Source: a virus
Reading direction: 5' to 3' (one strand)
IMG/VR virus record: IMGVR_UViG_3300044797_000101
Span: 1-64,000 of that record
DNA: 64,000 nt
Shown in pieces: positions 10,226 through 21,258 of this stretch. Below the pieces are notes generated by a model that worked only from the letters and a program-made list of their open reading frames with translations, was not told where the DNA came from and searched no databases. Position numbers and translations under genes: made by a program. Position 1 is the first letter of the stretch. Each line of letters opens with the position of its first letter.

Positions 10226-10553
10226 TATTACTCCGTACCGTTTCTTTTACGAATATTTACTTTTCGTTTGTTATCAGTTTCAATTCTTCACAACTATCAC
10301 ACTTATATATACGCCACGACCCATCAAGTTTAGTTTCATTCCCCATAATAAAGGAATAGATTTGCTTGAAGGTATGCTTAACGCACTGATTTTTTATTTT
10401 TGCGTTTAACATCTTTGGTTGTTAAGGAAGGCCATTCTGTCATTTCTTCTTGAATCATCTTAATCTTTTCGCGTAAATTAAGATTTGATTTTTGAATATG
10501 AGTATGGATTTCTCTTATCTCATGATTAATTTTATCAAGTTTGTCAGCACTCA

Positions 10554-10805
10554 TTATTTAGCTCCACTGCTTCCATTTTTGCCACTCAGCTTAATGAGTA
10601 AGTCAAGGGTATTGTTAATATCTTTGGCTAGATGATTGTAATCATCAACCATGCCTTTCCACTCGTTTAATCGCTGTTCTTGTAGGGCATCATACTTCTG
10701 AAATAGTTTATATAAAGCAAATGACAACGCAAATATACATGCCGTTGGCAATGATAAAACAGAAAGAACCTTAGGATCGGTCAATAAGTTGAGCAATACT
10801 TCCAT
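10554..10805 (-). CDS. Small membrane protein (holin-like)
   Basis: One N-terminal hydrophobic helix plus a coiled coil. Confidence 0.45.
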   Translation of the reverse strand: MEVLLNLLTDPKVLSVLSLPTACIFALSFALYKLFQKYDALQEQRLNEWKGMVDDYNHLAKDINNTLDLLIKLSGKNGSSGAK

Positions 10806-10817
10806 GTTATCCTCGAA

Positions 10818-13800
10818 TTAGATTGGTTCTGATAATAATTTTAATGCTGCCATTAACTCTTCATTGAAGTGATTCATCATTCCTAATGGGCTTGAATCTG
10901 CCTCTGTCATTAACTCGCTCTTCTTATTTGGCCAACGAATTAGAGTATTCTCCATAACCTTCTTGGCCTGTGAGAGCATACCATTCAAAACATCTTGAAC
11001 ATATTTTTCAGCGCCATCAAACTTTGCATAGATCTTTGAAAGCGTTTCTTTAGGTGTTAGCTTTGGTACATAGTTAACCTCTTCAGTTTGCAGTGTATAA
11101 AGTTTATCCTTCCATTGAACAACCTTCGATTCTACTGCACTAATTAGAACGGCTGCTTTTTCAATGGATTGTTGAAGTTCTGCTTCCATCTCAACACGAT
11201 TGCCTGCCTGATCAACCTGTGACATTTGTTCTTGCATCTTAGCCTGAATCTGTTGTCTAGCAGTCTCTAATGTTGCGAGGTTTGTCTCTAGAGCAGTCAT
11301 TTTGCTTAGGACGGCATCAATCTCAGGGGTTGCAGGAACAGCTTCTTGTTTAGGTGCATATTTAGGGGTAATCTTATAATCTTTAAATTGTGTCTTAGCT
11401 GGGTCAACTGGATCAGCTGATGTTTTATTCTGTGAGATTCCTTTCTCAAAATCAGAAGCTTGTTTTGTTTCAAATTTATTACCGCAATCAGTACATAGAT
11501 TTAAAACTTCAGCATCACCGAATACCTTAGGAGTTGTATTATCATTTCCGCAATTAGGGCATTTAGGAGCTGGAACAAAATGTAATTCAGAACCTTTTTT
11601 CTTTTTAACTACAGGAGCTGGAGCAACTGGCGTTGGTGCAACAGCTGGTTGCTGTACTTCAGCTGCATCATAATCATATAGATCGCAATCCTCACTACAA
11701 ACATGATCTGGTTTTGCATGTTCAGCTTCGGATTCAGCGTACCAAATATCTTGCATCTCATGCTCATCATGAATCTGTCCAAAAATACTAGACAATTCGT
11801 CATAGATCATCTCTGGATCGCTAGCTCCATATCGAGTAAAACCATCAACAAGTCCCTTCTCATTCATGGTGAGCCAAACGTAATTATCTCCATCAGTGAT
11901 AAATAGATCTTTACCTTTTTTACCAACCTGAAGACCTTTTACTTTCTTAAGTTGAGCTAATGAAACTGGAGTTGTAAAATAATAATCTGTTGAGGCCGTT
12001 TTTTCCATAGAAGCTTTTTTATCATGTTTCTCTAAAATTTCACGATCGCGACCTGGCATTACTTCCCATTTAGGACATTTGCATTCTGAACATGCACCCT
12101 TCATATCCTTATGTTCACCAATACGATCACCACATTTACACTTCATAGCATAAGCTGTTTTCAAAGATGATTCTGTATCAATAGCTGGTTCGGGATTTGG
12201 ATTTTTATCATGCTCCATAGGTTTATAACCTTCTGGATAGATAGGTTGATTGTTTGCATCCAAAAGTGTCCACATTGGCGTAGCACCGGGACGAGCACTA
12301 AATCCTTCTACATAAATAGCATATACACCTTTAGGATGATCACCACGTTCTAATTGGACCCAACTAAGTCCAAGCTGGCGACATGTCTCTTCATCATTTT
12401 TAATCTTCTGATCTAATTTGGCATTTGCCATCTTATCACTAAAAGATACAATTGTTCCACCAAGACCACTAACGTGCTGAACACGAACTGCATCCTCAGG
12501 AGGATCAGGTAAACCAATATCGTACCAGGTTGTACCAGCTTGTTTCTTTAAGGAAGCATCTTTATTCCATTCAGAAGCATGTGATTTACAAAGATAACCT
12601 GCTCCATGTTCATTCTTAACCATGTCTTCTAACTTATGAACTTTGTCACATTTAATGCACTTGGAACCATCAGCTGCAATTTTCTCAACCTTAGGTTCTA
12701 ATGATGATCGTGGTTTAACTTGATCCTTAAAGTCTGGATTAACAGCATCTGGCCCATATTTGTCCATCTGTTCTTGTTCAAATTTAAGATCTTCATCAGC
12801 CTCATTTACTGGGCTAGCAAGTGCAACCCAATCAATACGATCATGATCAGAAGGTGATAGAGAATCAAACCAAGATTGAACACCAACCTTAGCTCCAGCG
12901 CTATCTGCTAAACGTAAAGATTCATGCGCAATATATCTGGCAATTTCTTTCAAAGCTTGAATACGAGCTGCTTCATCTGGTATTTTTAAAGCTTCAGCGT
13001 ACTTGGCATCGGCTGCAACTTCATCATCCGTTACCCAAACTCGGCACCAACCATTACCTTCAAATGCTGAATCATTGGCATGCTTTTCAAGACCCTTCTT
13101 AACAAACATATAAGAGGTTTTTCCCATACTCTGTACATCGGCCAAAAGTAATTCAGCCTCTTTCTTAATAGCAAGGGCTTCATCTTGAGAACTATGAAGA
13201 TCAGTCATCTTTGGTGTTACTTGGATTGATTCAGATTTTTGCTGTTGATCAATTGTTGGCGCCATGGAAGGCTCAGCTTCTTGAGCACCCATGTTATCGG
13301 AAAGTTTTACAACACGATTAGCAGCTACATCAAGCAAATCACCCTCATCTGTTTCAACGATGAATAAGTCATTTCCTTCTGATTTATAGCTGGATACAAA
13401 TGTACCTTCAAAGCCTGCTTTTTCATCAGACATATCAGAAGATACAAATACACGGTCTCCCTTTTGAGGAGCTTGATGATCTAGTGGTTTCTTTCCCATT
13501 GGAACTACATCATGGGAAGCTGGGGTTGTTGGATCTTGTTGGACTGGTTCTTGGAGGGGATTTAAGCCATCAGCAGCTGTTTTAACTGATGCTTTTTTAT
13601 TCTTACAATTATTACATTTTAATTTGGTTGGTGCTTCACATCCATCTTCATTACATGGCCATTCTTCTTTACAATTAGGACATGTATGCCATTCCTCATT
13701 ACTAGCAACCTTACGAATATCATCATTATCGGCGCGAGCAATTTCATCTAATTCCGAAATTGCCATAACGTCTTGCGGTGTAAATGACGCGTCTTTATGA

Positions 13801-15077
13801 CATAAATTACAAGTATTCTTATCACGCATTTCTTCTGGAAGAACCAAAGAACGGCAAGAAGGACACACTCGTGTATATTTATCTAAATCTTTATCTTCCT
13901 TGCTTTTTGCAGCCTCTTCCTTAATTACAGGTTCTTCGGCTGGCTGATCATGTTTTTTTTTATCTTCATGATCCTTAAGCAACTGATCATGTGTTTCAGG
14001 GGAAACTAAATCTTCAGGAGGAGTAAGTGGCGCATCTTTCTTATCATCCTCTTTAACTGGTTCAACTTCAACGCCTGTTGGATCTGTGCCTTGGCGTTGT
14101 TCATCTACAAAGATATTTGTAGAATCTTTATCAAAACCAAAATCTTTAACTAGGATTTTCTTAATTTCATCCCAGTTGCGTCCATTCTTACGTAGGACTT
14201 CTACAAGCTCAACCTGGTCAGGACCAAACACTGAAGCAGCTTTCTGCTGCAATGCTGATTCTAACTCGGTTTTAATTTTTTCATCAATATGTTCTTGCAT
14301 GTCATCATGCTGTTTTGCTTTCTGCTCTTCAACGTCTTCATAGGACAAGGAAGCAGGAGCCAATTTATCTGTTGGTTTCTTTTCATCTTTATTCTTATCC
14401 CAAAGAGGAATATGATCCTGATCACCACCAGTTGCACTCTTCTGTTTCTTCTGATAGTCTAACAATTCATCAGTTGTAGTGAACCAAAGATTCTGCATTG
14501 TGATCTTTGCTTCACGCCAAAGTTTATCATCATCCTGAGACGCAATTGCTGTAAGACCTACTGATTTACCTTTCATAAGCGCTTCATCAATGGTCATACA
14601 TGTATTAGCTAGCATTTCAGCATATTTAGGATCAATATCTTGAAAAAGACTTTTAACCTGATTAACATCTAAAGCTTTCTTTTCTAAAGAAGCTTGGGTG
14701 GTATTCAATTTGGGCAAATTAGTGTCCACGATATCGCCCGTGTTCTCGGCGTACTTCTGACCCAATTTCTTCATGAGGTCCTTGGCTGCATCATATTCGC
14801 CCTTTTTTGTAAGAGCTGCAGCTTCAGATAAATCTGTTGAGATAAGATCAAATTGATGAGAAGCTTCCTGTTCACTCAATGTTTTTTCAAATAATTTTTC
14901 TCCGCCTTCCCAAGACAATGCAATAATAGTACTCCCTTCATCGAGAGGTACGGCATCTAATGAAATAGGACGAATAGGATTAGCTCCTACTGCTGTTGAA
15001 TCAGCAACAGAGAATTTAGCGTGTCCTTCGAAAGCTGTTTTAATTAAATGAGATACAACATCACGAAAAAATTTCAT
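10818..15077 (-). CDS. Giant modular protein (1419 aa), putative virion-internal polyprotein with K-x-A linkers
   Basis: Several CxxC Zn ribbons, an SH3/KOW-like segment (KGDRVFV), a coiled-coil C-terminus; KTA/KKA/KQA/KIA/KHA at segment boundaries. Confidence 0.7.
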   Translation of the reverse strand: MKFFRDVVSHLIKTAFEGHAKFSVADSTAVGANPIRPISLDAVPLDEGSTIIALSWEGGEKLFEKTLSEQEASHQFDLISTDLSEAAALTKKGEYDAAKDLMKKLGQKYAENTGDIVDTNLPKLNTTQASLEKKALDVNQVKSLFQDIDPKYAEMLANTCMTIDEALMKGKSVGLTAIASQDDDKLWREAKITMQNLWFTTTDELLDYQKKQKSATGGDQDHIPLWDKNKDEKKPTDKLAPASLSYEDVEEQKAKQHDDMQEHIDEKIKTELESALQQKAASVFGPDQVELVEVLRKNGRNWDEIKKILVKDFGFDKDSTNIFVDEQRQGTDPTGVEVEPVKEDDKKDAPLTPPEDLVSPETHDQLLKDHEDKKKHDQPAEEPVIKEEAAKSKEDKDLDKYTRVCPSCRSLVLPEEMRDKNTCNLCHKDASFTPQDVMAISELDEIARADNDDIRKVASNEEWHTCPNCKEEWPCNEDGCEAPTKLKCNNCKNKKASVKTAADGLNPLQEPVQQDPTTPASHDVVPMGKKPLDHQAPQKGDRVFVSSDMSDEKAGFEGTFVSSYKSEGNDLFIVETDEGDLLDVAANRVVKLSDNMGAQEAEPSMAPTIDQQQKSESIQVTPKMTDLHSSQDEALAIKKEAELLLADVQSMGKTSYMFVKKGLEKHANDSAFEGNGWCRVWVTDDEVAADAKYAEALKIPDEAARIQALKEIARYIAHESLRLADSAGAKVGVQSWFDSLSPSDHDRIDWVALASPVNEADEDLKFEQEQMDKYGPDAVNPDFKDQVKPRSSLEPKVEKIAADGSKCIKCDKVHKLEDMVKNEHGAGYLCKSHASEWNKDASLKKQAGTTWYDIGLPDPPEDAVRVQHVSGLGGTIVSFSDKMANAKLDQKIKNDEETCRQLGLSWVQLERGDHPKGVYAIYVEGFSARPGATPMWTLLDANNQPIYPEGYKPMEHDKNPNPEPAIDTESSLKTAYAMKCKCGDRIGEHKDMKGACSECKCPKWEVMPGRDREILEKHDKKASMEKTASTDYYFTTPVSLAQLKKVKGLQVGKKGKDLFITDGDNYVWLTMNEKGLVDGFTRYGASDPEMIYDELSSIFGQIHDEHEMQDIWYAESEAEHAKPDHVCSEDCDLYDYDAAEVQQPAVAPTPVAPAPVVKKKKGSELHFVPAPKCPNCGNDNTTPKVFGDAEVLNLCTDCGNKFETKQASDFEKGISQNKTSADPVDPAKTQFKDYKITPKYAPKQEAVPATPEIDAVLSKMTALETNLATLETARQQIQAKMQEQMSQVDQAGNRVEMEAELQQSIEKAAVLISAVESKVVQWKDKLYTLQTEEVNYVPKLTPKETLSKIYAKFDGAEKYVQDVLNGMLSQAKKVMENTLIRWPNKKSELMTEADSSPLGMMNHFNEELMAALKLLSEPI

Positions 15078-15105
15078 TGGTAGCTCCTAATGATCAAATC
15101 TTTTA

Positions 15106-16578
15106 TTATGAAGGAATTTGGTTCTTAACTTTTTTATCATCACGTTCAGGATCTTGGCATTTCTTAAGAGCCCAAAGGCTACCATCACCTTCACCCTTTG
15201 AATTTTGATTACCATCCTGATTAACAATCTCATATTGATCAGTTCCATCAGAAATTTTATCTCCTACCTTGTAATCCTCATGGTTTGGTAACAGATGTTT
15301 TTGAACTGTCATGGTTGAATCGTCGCTATCAAAGAATGGTTGTTTTTCACCAGCAGCTTCTTTCTCTACTGTAGCTACTTTATCAGTCAAAATTGAAACA
15401 ACCTCATTAGCCTCATAAGCCATGCGTTCATCGATAGCTGCTAATTTCTCAAGTGTCTCTAAATCAAACTGTTCTGCAAGCTTTGCTTGAACATTTAGAC
15501 CCTTTTCAATTAGGGTAGCAATTATAGATTTTTTAGGAAGAAGATACTTACCTTCTTTAACAGTAACTGGGATACTTACGGCCTTCACTGCGCCAGCATG
15601 ATCTACAGCTGTCATAATATCGAAGCCTTCTTTGGAGCTAGTAATCTCAACAGCTTTAGCTGAACCGTATCCCATACCCTGGAGTGTGGACATTAATTCA
15701 TTTGCGGCTTCATGTTCAACCTTCATCTGTGCTTCATTAGCTGATTGATCTTCAAGCTGTGCAGCCTGAACTAAATGATCTGCTGATTTTGCACGAGGCA
15801 TATTCTCTTGAATAGAATATGTTTTTTCCGCTTTAACTTCTACGGAGTCATCAAAAGGAGTATATTCAATCTCTTCAGCGTCTTTAAATAATTCTGCTGT
15901 GAGCCAAGTTGCTTTTGCAGTTGGCGATAAAGCAGCTTCTTTCTTTGATTCATGTAAATTATGCTTATGATCTTTCAAGCTACCTGCTGTCCAAAAGCTA
16001 TCATCACACTTATCACATTGATGATCACCTTTTTCTTTAGCTTCTTTTTCAATCATTGGTTCTGTAAATGATCCTGTAAATTCAACCTTAGGAGCAATGG
16101 CTGCATCCTTTAAAATTCCCTGAAGCAATGCTGCTTTATCTTTAGATGCAGAATATTCGCCCTTTCCGACGATACCAAGCACTGAATCCTGAGCGGCTGT
16201 GTGAGATACTTTTAAATATTTTGAACCATCATCTGTCAAATGGAAACCATTTAAAGATGCAACAAAGAGATCTTTGTTTTGCTCAGCAGAATTCAGAGCA
16301 TTCGTTATATTAGATTGAACATCTTCTGATGTTACTTCAATATCGTTATCATTAATTGTCATTCCAAGATCCACCGTTTTTAGTACTCCAGTATCAGCTT
16401 TAATGTGAATAGTGCCTGAAAAGTTAACGGAATTAGGAGCTAAACCTTCTGTAGTATTTAAATCAACTGTTGGATCGCCAATTAATTTAACTGATCCGTA
16501 TTTGGCTAAAAGATATCGTGCACCTTTATTTTGTGCGTCAACAATTAGTCGATTCTTTAATTCATTAAATTTTGTCAT
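15106..16578 (-). CDS. Large virion-associated protein with internal C2H2 Zn finger
   Basis: EKEA..HQCDKCDDSFWTAGSLKDHKHNLH..KKEA, a classical C2H2 finger bounded by K-x-A. Confidence 0.65.
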   Translation of the reverse strand: MTKFNELKNRLIVDAQNKGARYLLAKYGSVKLIGDPTVDLNTTEGLAPNSVNFSGTIHIKADTGVLKTVDLGMTINDNDIEVTSEDVQSNITNALNSAEQNKDLFVASLNGFHLTDDGSKYLKVSHTAAQDSVLGIVGKGEYSASKDKAALLQGILKDAAIAPKVEFTGSFTEPMIEKEAKEKGDHQCDKCDDSFWTAGSLKDHKHNLHESKKEAALSPTAKATWLTAELFKDAEEIEYTPFDDSVEVKAEKTYSIQENMPRAKSADHLVQAAQLEDQSANEAQMKVEHEAANELMSTLQGMGYGSAKAVEITSSKEGFDIMTAVDHAGAVKAVSIPVTVKEGKYLLPKKSIIATLIEKGLNVQAKLAEQFDLETLEKLAAIDERMAYEANEVVSILTDKVATVEKEAAGEKQPFFDSDDSTMTVQKHLLPNHEDYKVGDKISDGTDQYEIVNQDGNQNSKGEGDGSLWALKKCQDPERDDKKVKNQIPS

Positions 16579-16587
16579 AGCAGTCTC

Positions 16588-17190
16588 CTAAATATTAGCA
16601 GCTAAAATCTTAGAACTTTTTTGTAAGTTATCTGGTTCCCATAAGGGTTGAAGATTTGTATAATGTACTGCTTTTAACAACTGTTCTCTATCAGTAAGAT
16701 CAAAACTACTTAACGGAATTACATGATCTATATTCCATTTATCAGGACCTTTACCCCAATTATTCCAAGTCATACCAGGAAGAAATTTTGATTCAATATA
16801 CTTCTTTAAAAACTCTACAGAACAACCAAGATCTTTAACTGCTGAACCTTTCTTTTGATTCTTTTTAAGAGCGCAATATAATCGATTACGCAAATTACAA
16901 ACTAACTTATAGTTAAGATCTTCTTTTTGACGAGTCTTTTTGTACTCTTTTTCATAACCTGCTTTGTCAAAGTTATTACTGTCCCGATATTCTTGATGTT
17001 GAATTTGGATTTGTTTTTTATTATCTATGTAATATTGTTTTAAATATTCACTTAGTTCTTGTTTATGATCATTCTGATAAACAGTGTTCTGAGCATTATG
17101 ACAAATTCTGCATTGACCTTGTTTAGTTTTTCCGTTAACTAAATCTTTGTCATGTCCTTTAGGACAAAATTGAATTTTCAAACGAGACAT
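16588..17190 (-). CDS. HNH-family putative homing endonuclease
   Basis: N-terminal CPKGH..CRIC; GSAVKDLGCS...WNIDHVIPL...HYTNLQPLW..DNLQKS. Confidence 0.82.
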   Translation of the reverse strand: MSRLKIQFCPKGHDKDLVNGKTKQGQCRICHNAQNTVYQNDHKQELSEYLKQYYIDNKKQIQIQHQEYRDSNNFDKAGYEKEYKKTRQKEDLNYKLVCNLRNRLYCALKKNQKKGSAVKDLGCSVEFLKKYIESKFLPGMTWNNWGKGPDKWNIDHVIPLSSFDLTDREQLLKAVHYTNLQPLWEPDNLQKSSKILAANI

Positions 17191-17212
17191 TCTTATCTAT
17201 TCCTTAGAATTA

Positions 17213-17262
17213 CTAGGAGCGTAGGACTCCTATTAATACACTAAAATATTATACTTTTCTAC
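17213..17262 (-). promoter_or_regulatory. Conserved ~45 bp element, copy B
   Basis: AGTAGAAAAGTATAATATTTTagTGTATTAATAGGAGtcCTACGCTCCTAG. Confidence 0.7.
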
Positions 17263-17283
17263 TAATTATGGATTGTTATCTAC

Positions 17284-20200
17284 TTAGTCTTCGTTGGTTT
17301 GCTCAATTCCATCACTCATTGGCATGGCATTATAATAAGTGATATGATACTCGCCAATACCAAATGGATCGTTTCTATAAGCAGGATTCTCAAGTGTATC
17401 CAGATGAACTACTGCTCTTGAGTTGTCCTGAGGCCATCCTATGCCAGTTCCTGTATTCTCTGGTGAATCATGCATGCCGTAACTTGTATCTCTTTGATCA
17501 TGATTGACGTAAGGTTCTTCTGAAATATCATCATGCAGTTGATCTGTCTTCCATTCATCAATAAGATAGTCTGGCACAGAAGCACTCTGTGATCCAGCCT
17601 CTTTATTTAGGGAAGATACCTTAAACTCTTCTTCTTTAATTTCGTAATTACCTGCAGCAAATTCAGCTGGGAAACGTTCCTTACAAGTTTGAATAGCTTT
17701 AGCACGAGTCAAAGTACGAATAGCTAAACGACCTCCGACATACAAGGCATATTGTCTAGTAATAGCAGTTTTAGTAATCTCTTGTGTTAAATGATCAATA
17801 GCTGCTTCACGATTCTTAAGCATGTCAATTAGGATATGATTAGCTTCGCCTTCATTAGAGAACCATTCACCTTTTGGTTTTCCCATAAAACGACGTGGGT
17901 ATCCACCTGGAGAATTCTGATCGAGATTATCTTCATTAGAAATCTGAGGAGAATAGGTTACAGATGTTGGCTTGCTTGGTTCACCATCCTGAGTAAGTGA
18001 ATCCCAGGTTGTATTATGAGGCATGTGCTTTAGGTTTAAATCTGTAAAATCCTTAGAATATTCTAGCAATGTTTGATCTTCACCAAGTTCATTCTTCTCA
18101 ATGTCTTCTAATTCTTTATCATAAGACTCAATCTTACGAGTATCATTCTTAGAGAATAGATTTGAGAACATGCTGATAAATTGTCTCCAAACTTCTTTTG
18201 TACGAGGTTTTCCAGTTGTACAAGGTTCAGCAGAAGTTGTATCATCACTTACACTATCAGGATTAAGGGCTATTTCTTTATCATCTCCGCCCTCTGCTTC
18301 CTGCCATTTATTATCTGGAGCATTGAACAATGAAGGAAGAAAATCAGCTATCTTATCAATTTTTTCAAGTAAGAATGAACTTTCTTTATCAGTACCAACA
18401 CTAAAATATGTACGATTACCCTTATTTGGACTGAACACAACTGTATCTAGTTCAATCTCTTTACCCTCAAATTCATCAGCACCAACATACTCTTTTGCAG
18501 TATCACGCTTCATGTAGGCAATAGTAATATGAGGTTTATACTCATCCGAGACAAGACCTTCTGCACAATCAAATTTATCACAAATCATCTCGTTGGCTTT
18601 AGTAAGATCTTCACTAATAACCTCTATGGTAAGAACATCGAATGGAAGTTCAGGGGGTTGGAAATGACGAACCTTTCCAAGCTTAGCCTTAAAAGGTTTA
18701 GAATTATTAAAAGATCGACGAACATGCTTCCCGTCATCAGTCAAAAGACCATACTTAATGGTTACATGTGACTCAAGTTCTCTACCGAACTTGTCACCAT
18801 CTTTATATACGTCCTCATCAGGAACGTTATTAACGCCCCATGCAACAATCTCCTGAGCCAGTTCATGAGGAACCAAAGCCATAACGCAAGAATAATTTCC
18901 TTGCTTAATCTTCTTCGTTTGTGCTGTAATATCTTTCTTAGAAAATAGAGAAGCTGCGTTGCGCAGACGTTTAGCCTGGTAAATAGCCTTTCTAAGATTA
19001 GGGAATGGATCTTGAATATCCTGATAGTTACCCTCAAGATCATCAATCTCAACTCCACCACCAGTGTAATGTTGAGCTACAAAATTATCTAAGTAAGAAG
19101 GAAGATTATTTAAGTCAGCTACTTCCATCGCAAAGTCATAATCAGACTCAGTAGTAATACGAGTCCAGCCATCCCTAATCATAGCGGTAGCTTGATCTGA
19201 ATTATCTACACCCTCATAAGCATCGGGCATATTCTTTTGGACCCATCCTTCATGTCCTAAATTATTCTCAACAGGATATTCTTGTCCTCTAGGATCAATC
19301 CAATACTTATCAGCAAGTCGAGCAATTTTTAATGAAGCTGTTTTTGTAACAGGAATCTCTTGAGCTACATTAAAGAAGTTAGATCCATCACGTTGTAATT
19401 TAGGATTGTCTCGGGCCTTGTCAAATACCCATGCCTGCAAGACTTTCATATTACCCTCATGAGACATATGTGGTGATTCTTTAGCCAATCCTTTTAAATA
19501 TTGTGGATACGATTTCTGTAGTATCCTAATAGCCATCTTGCCAAGCATCGATTGATAAGAGGCATCCCATAAACTACGTTTATCATGTTTCTTTAGGTTA
19601 TTAAATACAGGATTAAGGATTGGCATGGAAGCTAAATTCGTATAGATAGAATTAGGAGTTTGCTGTTTCAACATTGATTCAAATCCTGATGCGAGCTGTT
19701 CCCCAAGCCAATCCTCATCAGGAATTAAAGCATCCTCATTGGGCGCAACTAAAACTACACCACCCTCTGGTCCACCGGATATGTGAGAAATATCACTAGA
19801 TCCAACCATATTAGCTCCAAGAGCATATATGAGGGCATAACTTAAATCTTTGGTCAGATAAGCACGACCAGCTAAAGGAGATTGATTTGCTCTTCCAGTT
19901 TCCAAAGGAGCCATGACATAACCATCTTTGGCAATCTGCCTAATTGAGTCACCTGATCCACCGTGATAGTAGGCATCGATAGCGGTTACATAAAGAGAGG
20001 CTTTCTTCTCTGATTTTTCAACCTGCTTTAACACGTTATCCCAATTATCAAATCTAATAGCATGGTCATCTATGTAAAATTTTGCAAATGGTTTCTCACC
20101 TTCAAAGATAGAATCATAGGGAAGATCATGTTTATCAAGATATTCACGGACCTTATCCACGCCAGCGCCTTCATCAGCTCTGCACGAGTAGATTATGACA

Positions 20201-21258
20201 TTATAACCCATGTCCTTAAGTGCCTGAAGTCCTTCCTTTGCACCTTCTATAGGTTCACCAATCTCAGGATACTTGGCAGCTTTAGCAATGGTCTTATCAA
20301 GATCAACACAAATATCTGTTTCAGTTTCTTTCTCAAAAGCTTCTTTTAGGAAAGCTTCTTTCAAAGAACTTTCACTTAAAATCTTATCAATTATGGGAAG
20401 TTCTTGAGTCGTAACCTTGCCGCCTGTTTCTTCAAGCAGAGTTTTAATGTTCCCTAAGATGCTAAAGAATCCAAAGCGAGCAAGCCACTTAAATTTGATC
20501 TCAGTATCAGACATAGCATCATGGCCAGCATGACGTGCATCAATGAGGTCTTGACGGATCTTTACATCCTTAATCAATTCTGCTTCAATCTCAAGGAGCT
20601 TTTGTTCAACCTTAGAATAAAATAGTTGTTGTTTATCTCGATCCCAAGCCTTTACTACGCTCTCTAATTCATCGATACGCTTTATATCTCGTTTAACCTT
20701 GCCAAGACTAGCGTCAATACTCTCAGCTAATAATTCAGCCTGAGCTACCACATCTTTCTTAGAAACTTCAAAATCCAAATCAGCGGGAAACATAACTGGC
20801 TCTTTAAGCCAAGCATCTTGAGTTAAAGAATAAACCCCTACGAACTCTACATTGCTAGGAGCAATAGCATCACATTCAAAATAGTATTCAATCGGATGTT
20901 GCGTCATAGGAGCCAAGATCTTAGCCCTGTCAAATTCCTTCCGAGTTGCATCAAGAAATGCGAAAGCCTCTTGAATGGTAGATTCTGGCATATTGCTGTT
21001 CTTAAATGCTTCTATATCAACCTTAATATGTGCATCTAAATCAGAGGTCAAGAGCCATTTTGTTGTTGTTAAAGAACCTACAATTACAATATCCTTAACC
21101 CATAATTCGGTTTGTTTTAGATTGTATGTAGTATAAATCGTTTGTAGTAAACGTAAGATGAAGTCTTTATGATAGGAATAGAGTTTTAAATCGTGGTCCC
21201 AAACTGCAGGATCAAGAGAGGGATGGGAATAATCAAGGATAGAAGACGTTTTCTTCAT
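17284..21258 (-). CDS. Multi-enzyme polyvalent protein (1324 aa): nucleotidyltransferase, HAD phosphatase, ADP-ribosyltransferase-like, WIDPxG domain and 2H phosphoesterase (Acb1-like)
   Basis: IVGS-x9-SDLD (pol-beta NTase); CVDLDKT..YSCR..KP...YIDD (HAD); YYHGG..AYLT..YA..YA..DED (ART-like); SHVTIKYG and PHITIAY (2H). Confidence 0.8.
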   Translation of the reverse strand: MKKTSSILDYSHPSLDPAVWDHDLKLYSYHKDFILRLLQTIYTTYNLKQTELWVKDIVIVGSLTTTKWLLTSDLDAHIKVDIEAFKNSNMPESTIQEAFAFLDATRKEFDRAKILAPMTQHPIEYYFECDAIAPSNVEFVGVYSLTQDAWLKEPVMFPADLDFEVSKKDVVAQAELLAESIDASLGKVKRDIKRIDELESVVKAWDRDKQQLFYSKVEQKLLEIEAELIKDVKIRQDLIDARHAGHDAMSDTEIKFKWLARFGFFSILGNIKTLLEETGGKVTTQELPIIDKILSESSLKEAFLKEAFEKETETDICVDLDKTIAKAAKYPEIGEPIEGAKEGLQALKDMGYNVIIYSCRADEGAGVDKVREYLDKHDLPYDSIFEGEKPFAKFYIDDHAIRFDNWDNVLKQVEKSEKKASLYVTAIDAYYHGGSGDSIRQIAKDGYVMAPLETGRANQSPLAGRAYLTKDLSYALIYALGANMVGSSDISHISGGPEGGVVLVAPNEDALIPDEDWLGEQLASGFESMLKQQTPNSIYTNLASMPILNPVFNNLKKHDKRSLWDASYQSMLGKMAIRILQKSYPQYLKGLAKESPHMSHEGNMKVLQAWVFDKARDNPKLQRDGSNFFNVAQEIPVTKTASLKIARLADKYWIDPRGQEYPVENNLGHEGWVQKNMPDAYEGVDNSDQATAMIRDGWTRITTESDYDFAMEVADLNNLPSYLDNFVAQHYTGGGVEIDDLEGNYQDIQDPFPNLRKAIYQAKRLRNAASLFSKKDITAQTKKIKQGNYSCVMALVPHELAQEIVAWGVNNVPDEDVYKDGDKFGRELESHVTIKYGLLTDDGKHVRRSFNNSKPFKAKLGKVRHFQPPELPFDVLTIEVISEDLTKANEMICDKFDCAEGLVSDEYKPHITIAYMKRDTAKEYVGADEFEGKEIELDTVVFSPNKGNRTYFSVGTDKESSFLLEKIDKIADFLPSLFNAPDNKWQEAEGGDDKEIALNPDSVSDDTTSAEPCTTGKPRTKEVWRQFISMFSNLFSKNDTRKIESYDKELEDIEKNELGEDQTLLEYSKDFTDLNLKHMPHNTTWDSLTQDGEPSKPTSVTYSPQISNEDNLDQNSPGGYPRRFMGKPKGEWFSNEGEANHILIDMLKNREAAIDHLTQEITKTAITRQYALYVGGRLAIRTLTRAKAIQTCKERFPAEFAAGNYEIKEEEFKVSSLNKEAGSQSASVPDYLIDEWKTDQLHDDISEEPYVNHDQRDTSYGMHDSPENTGTGIGWPQDNSRAVVHLDTLENPAYRNDPFGIGEYHITYYNAMPMSDGIEQTNED

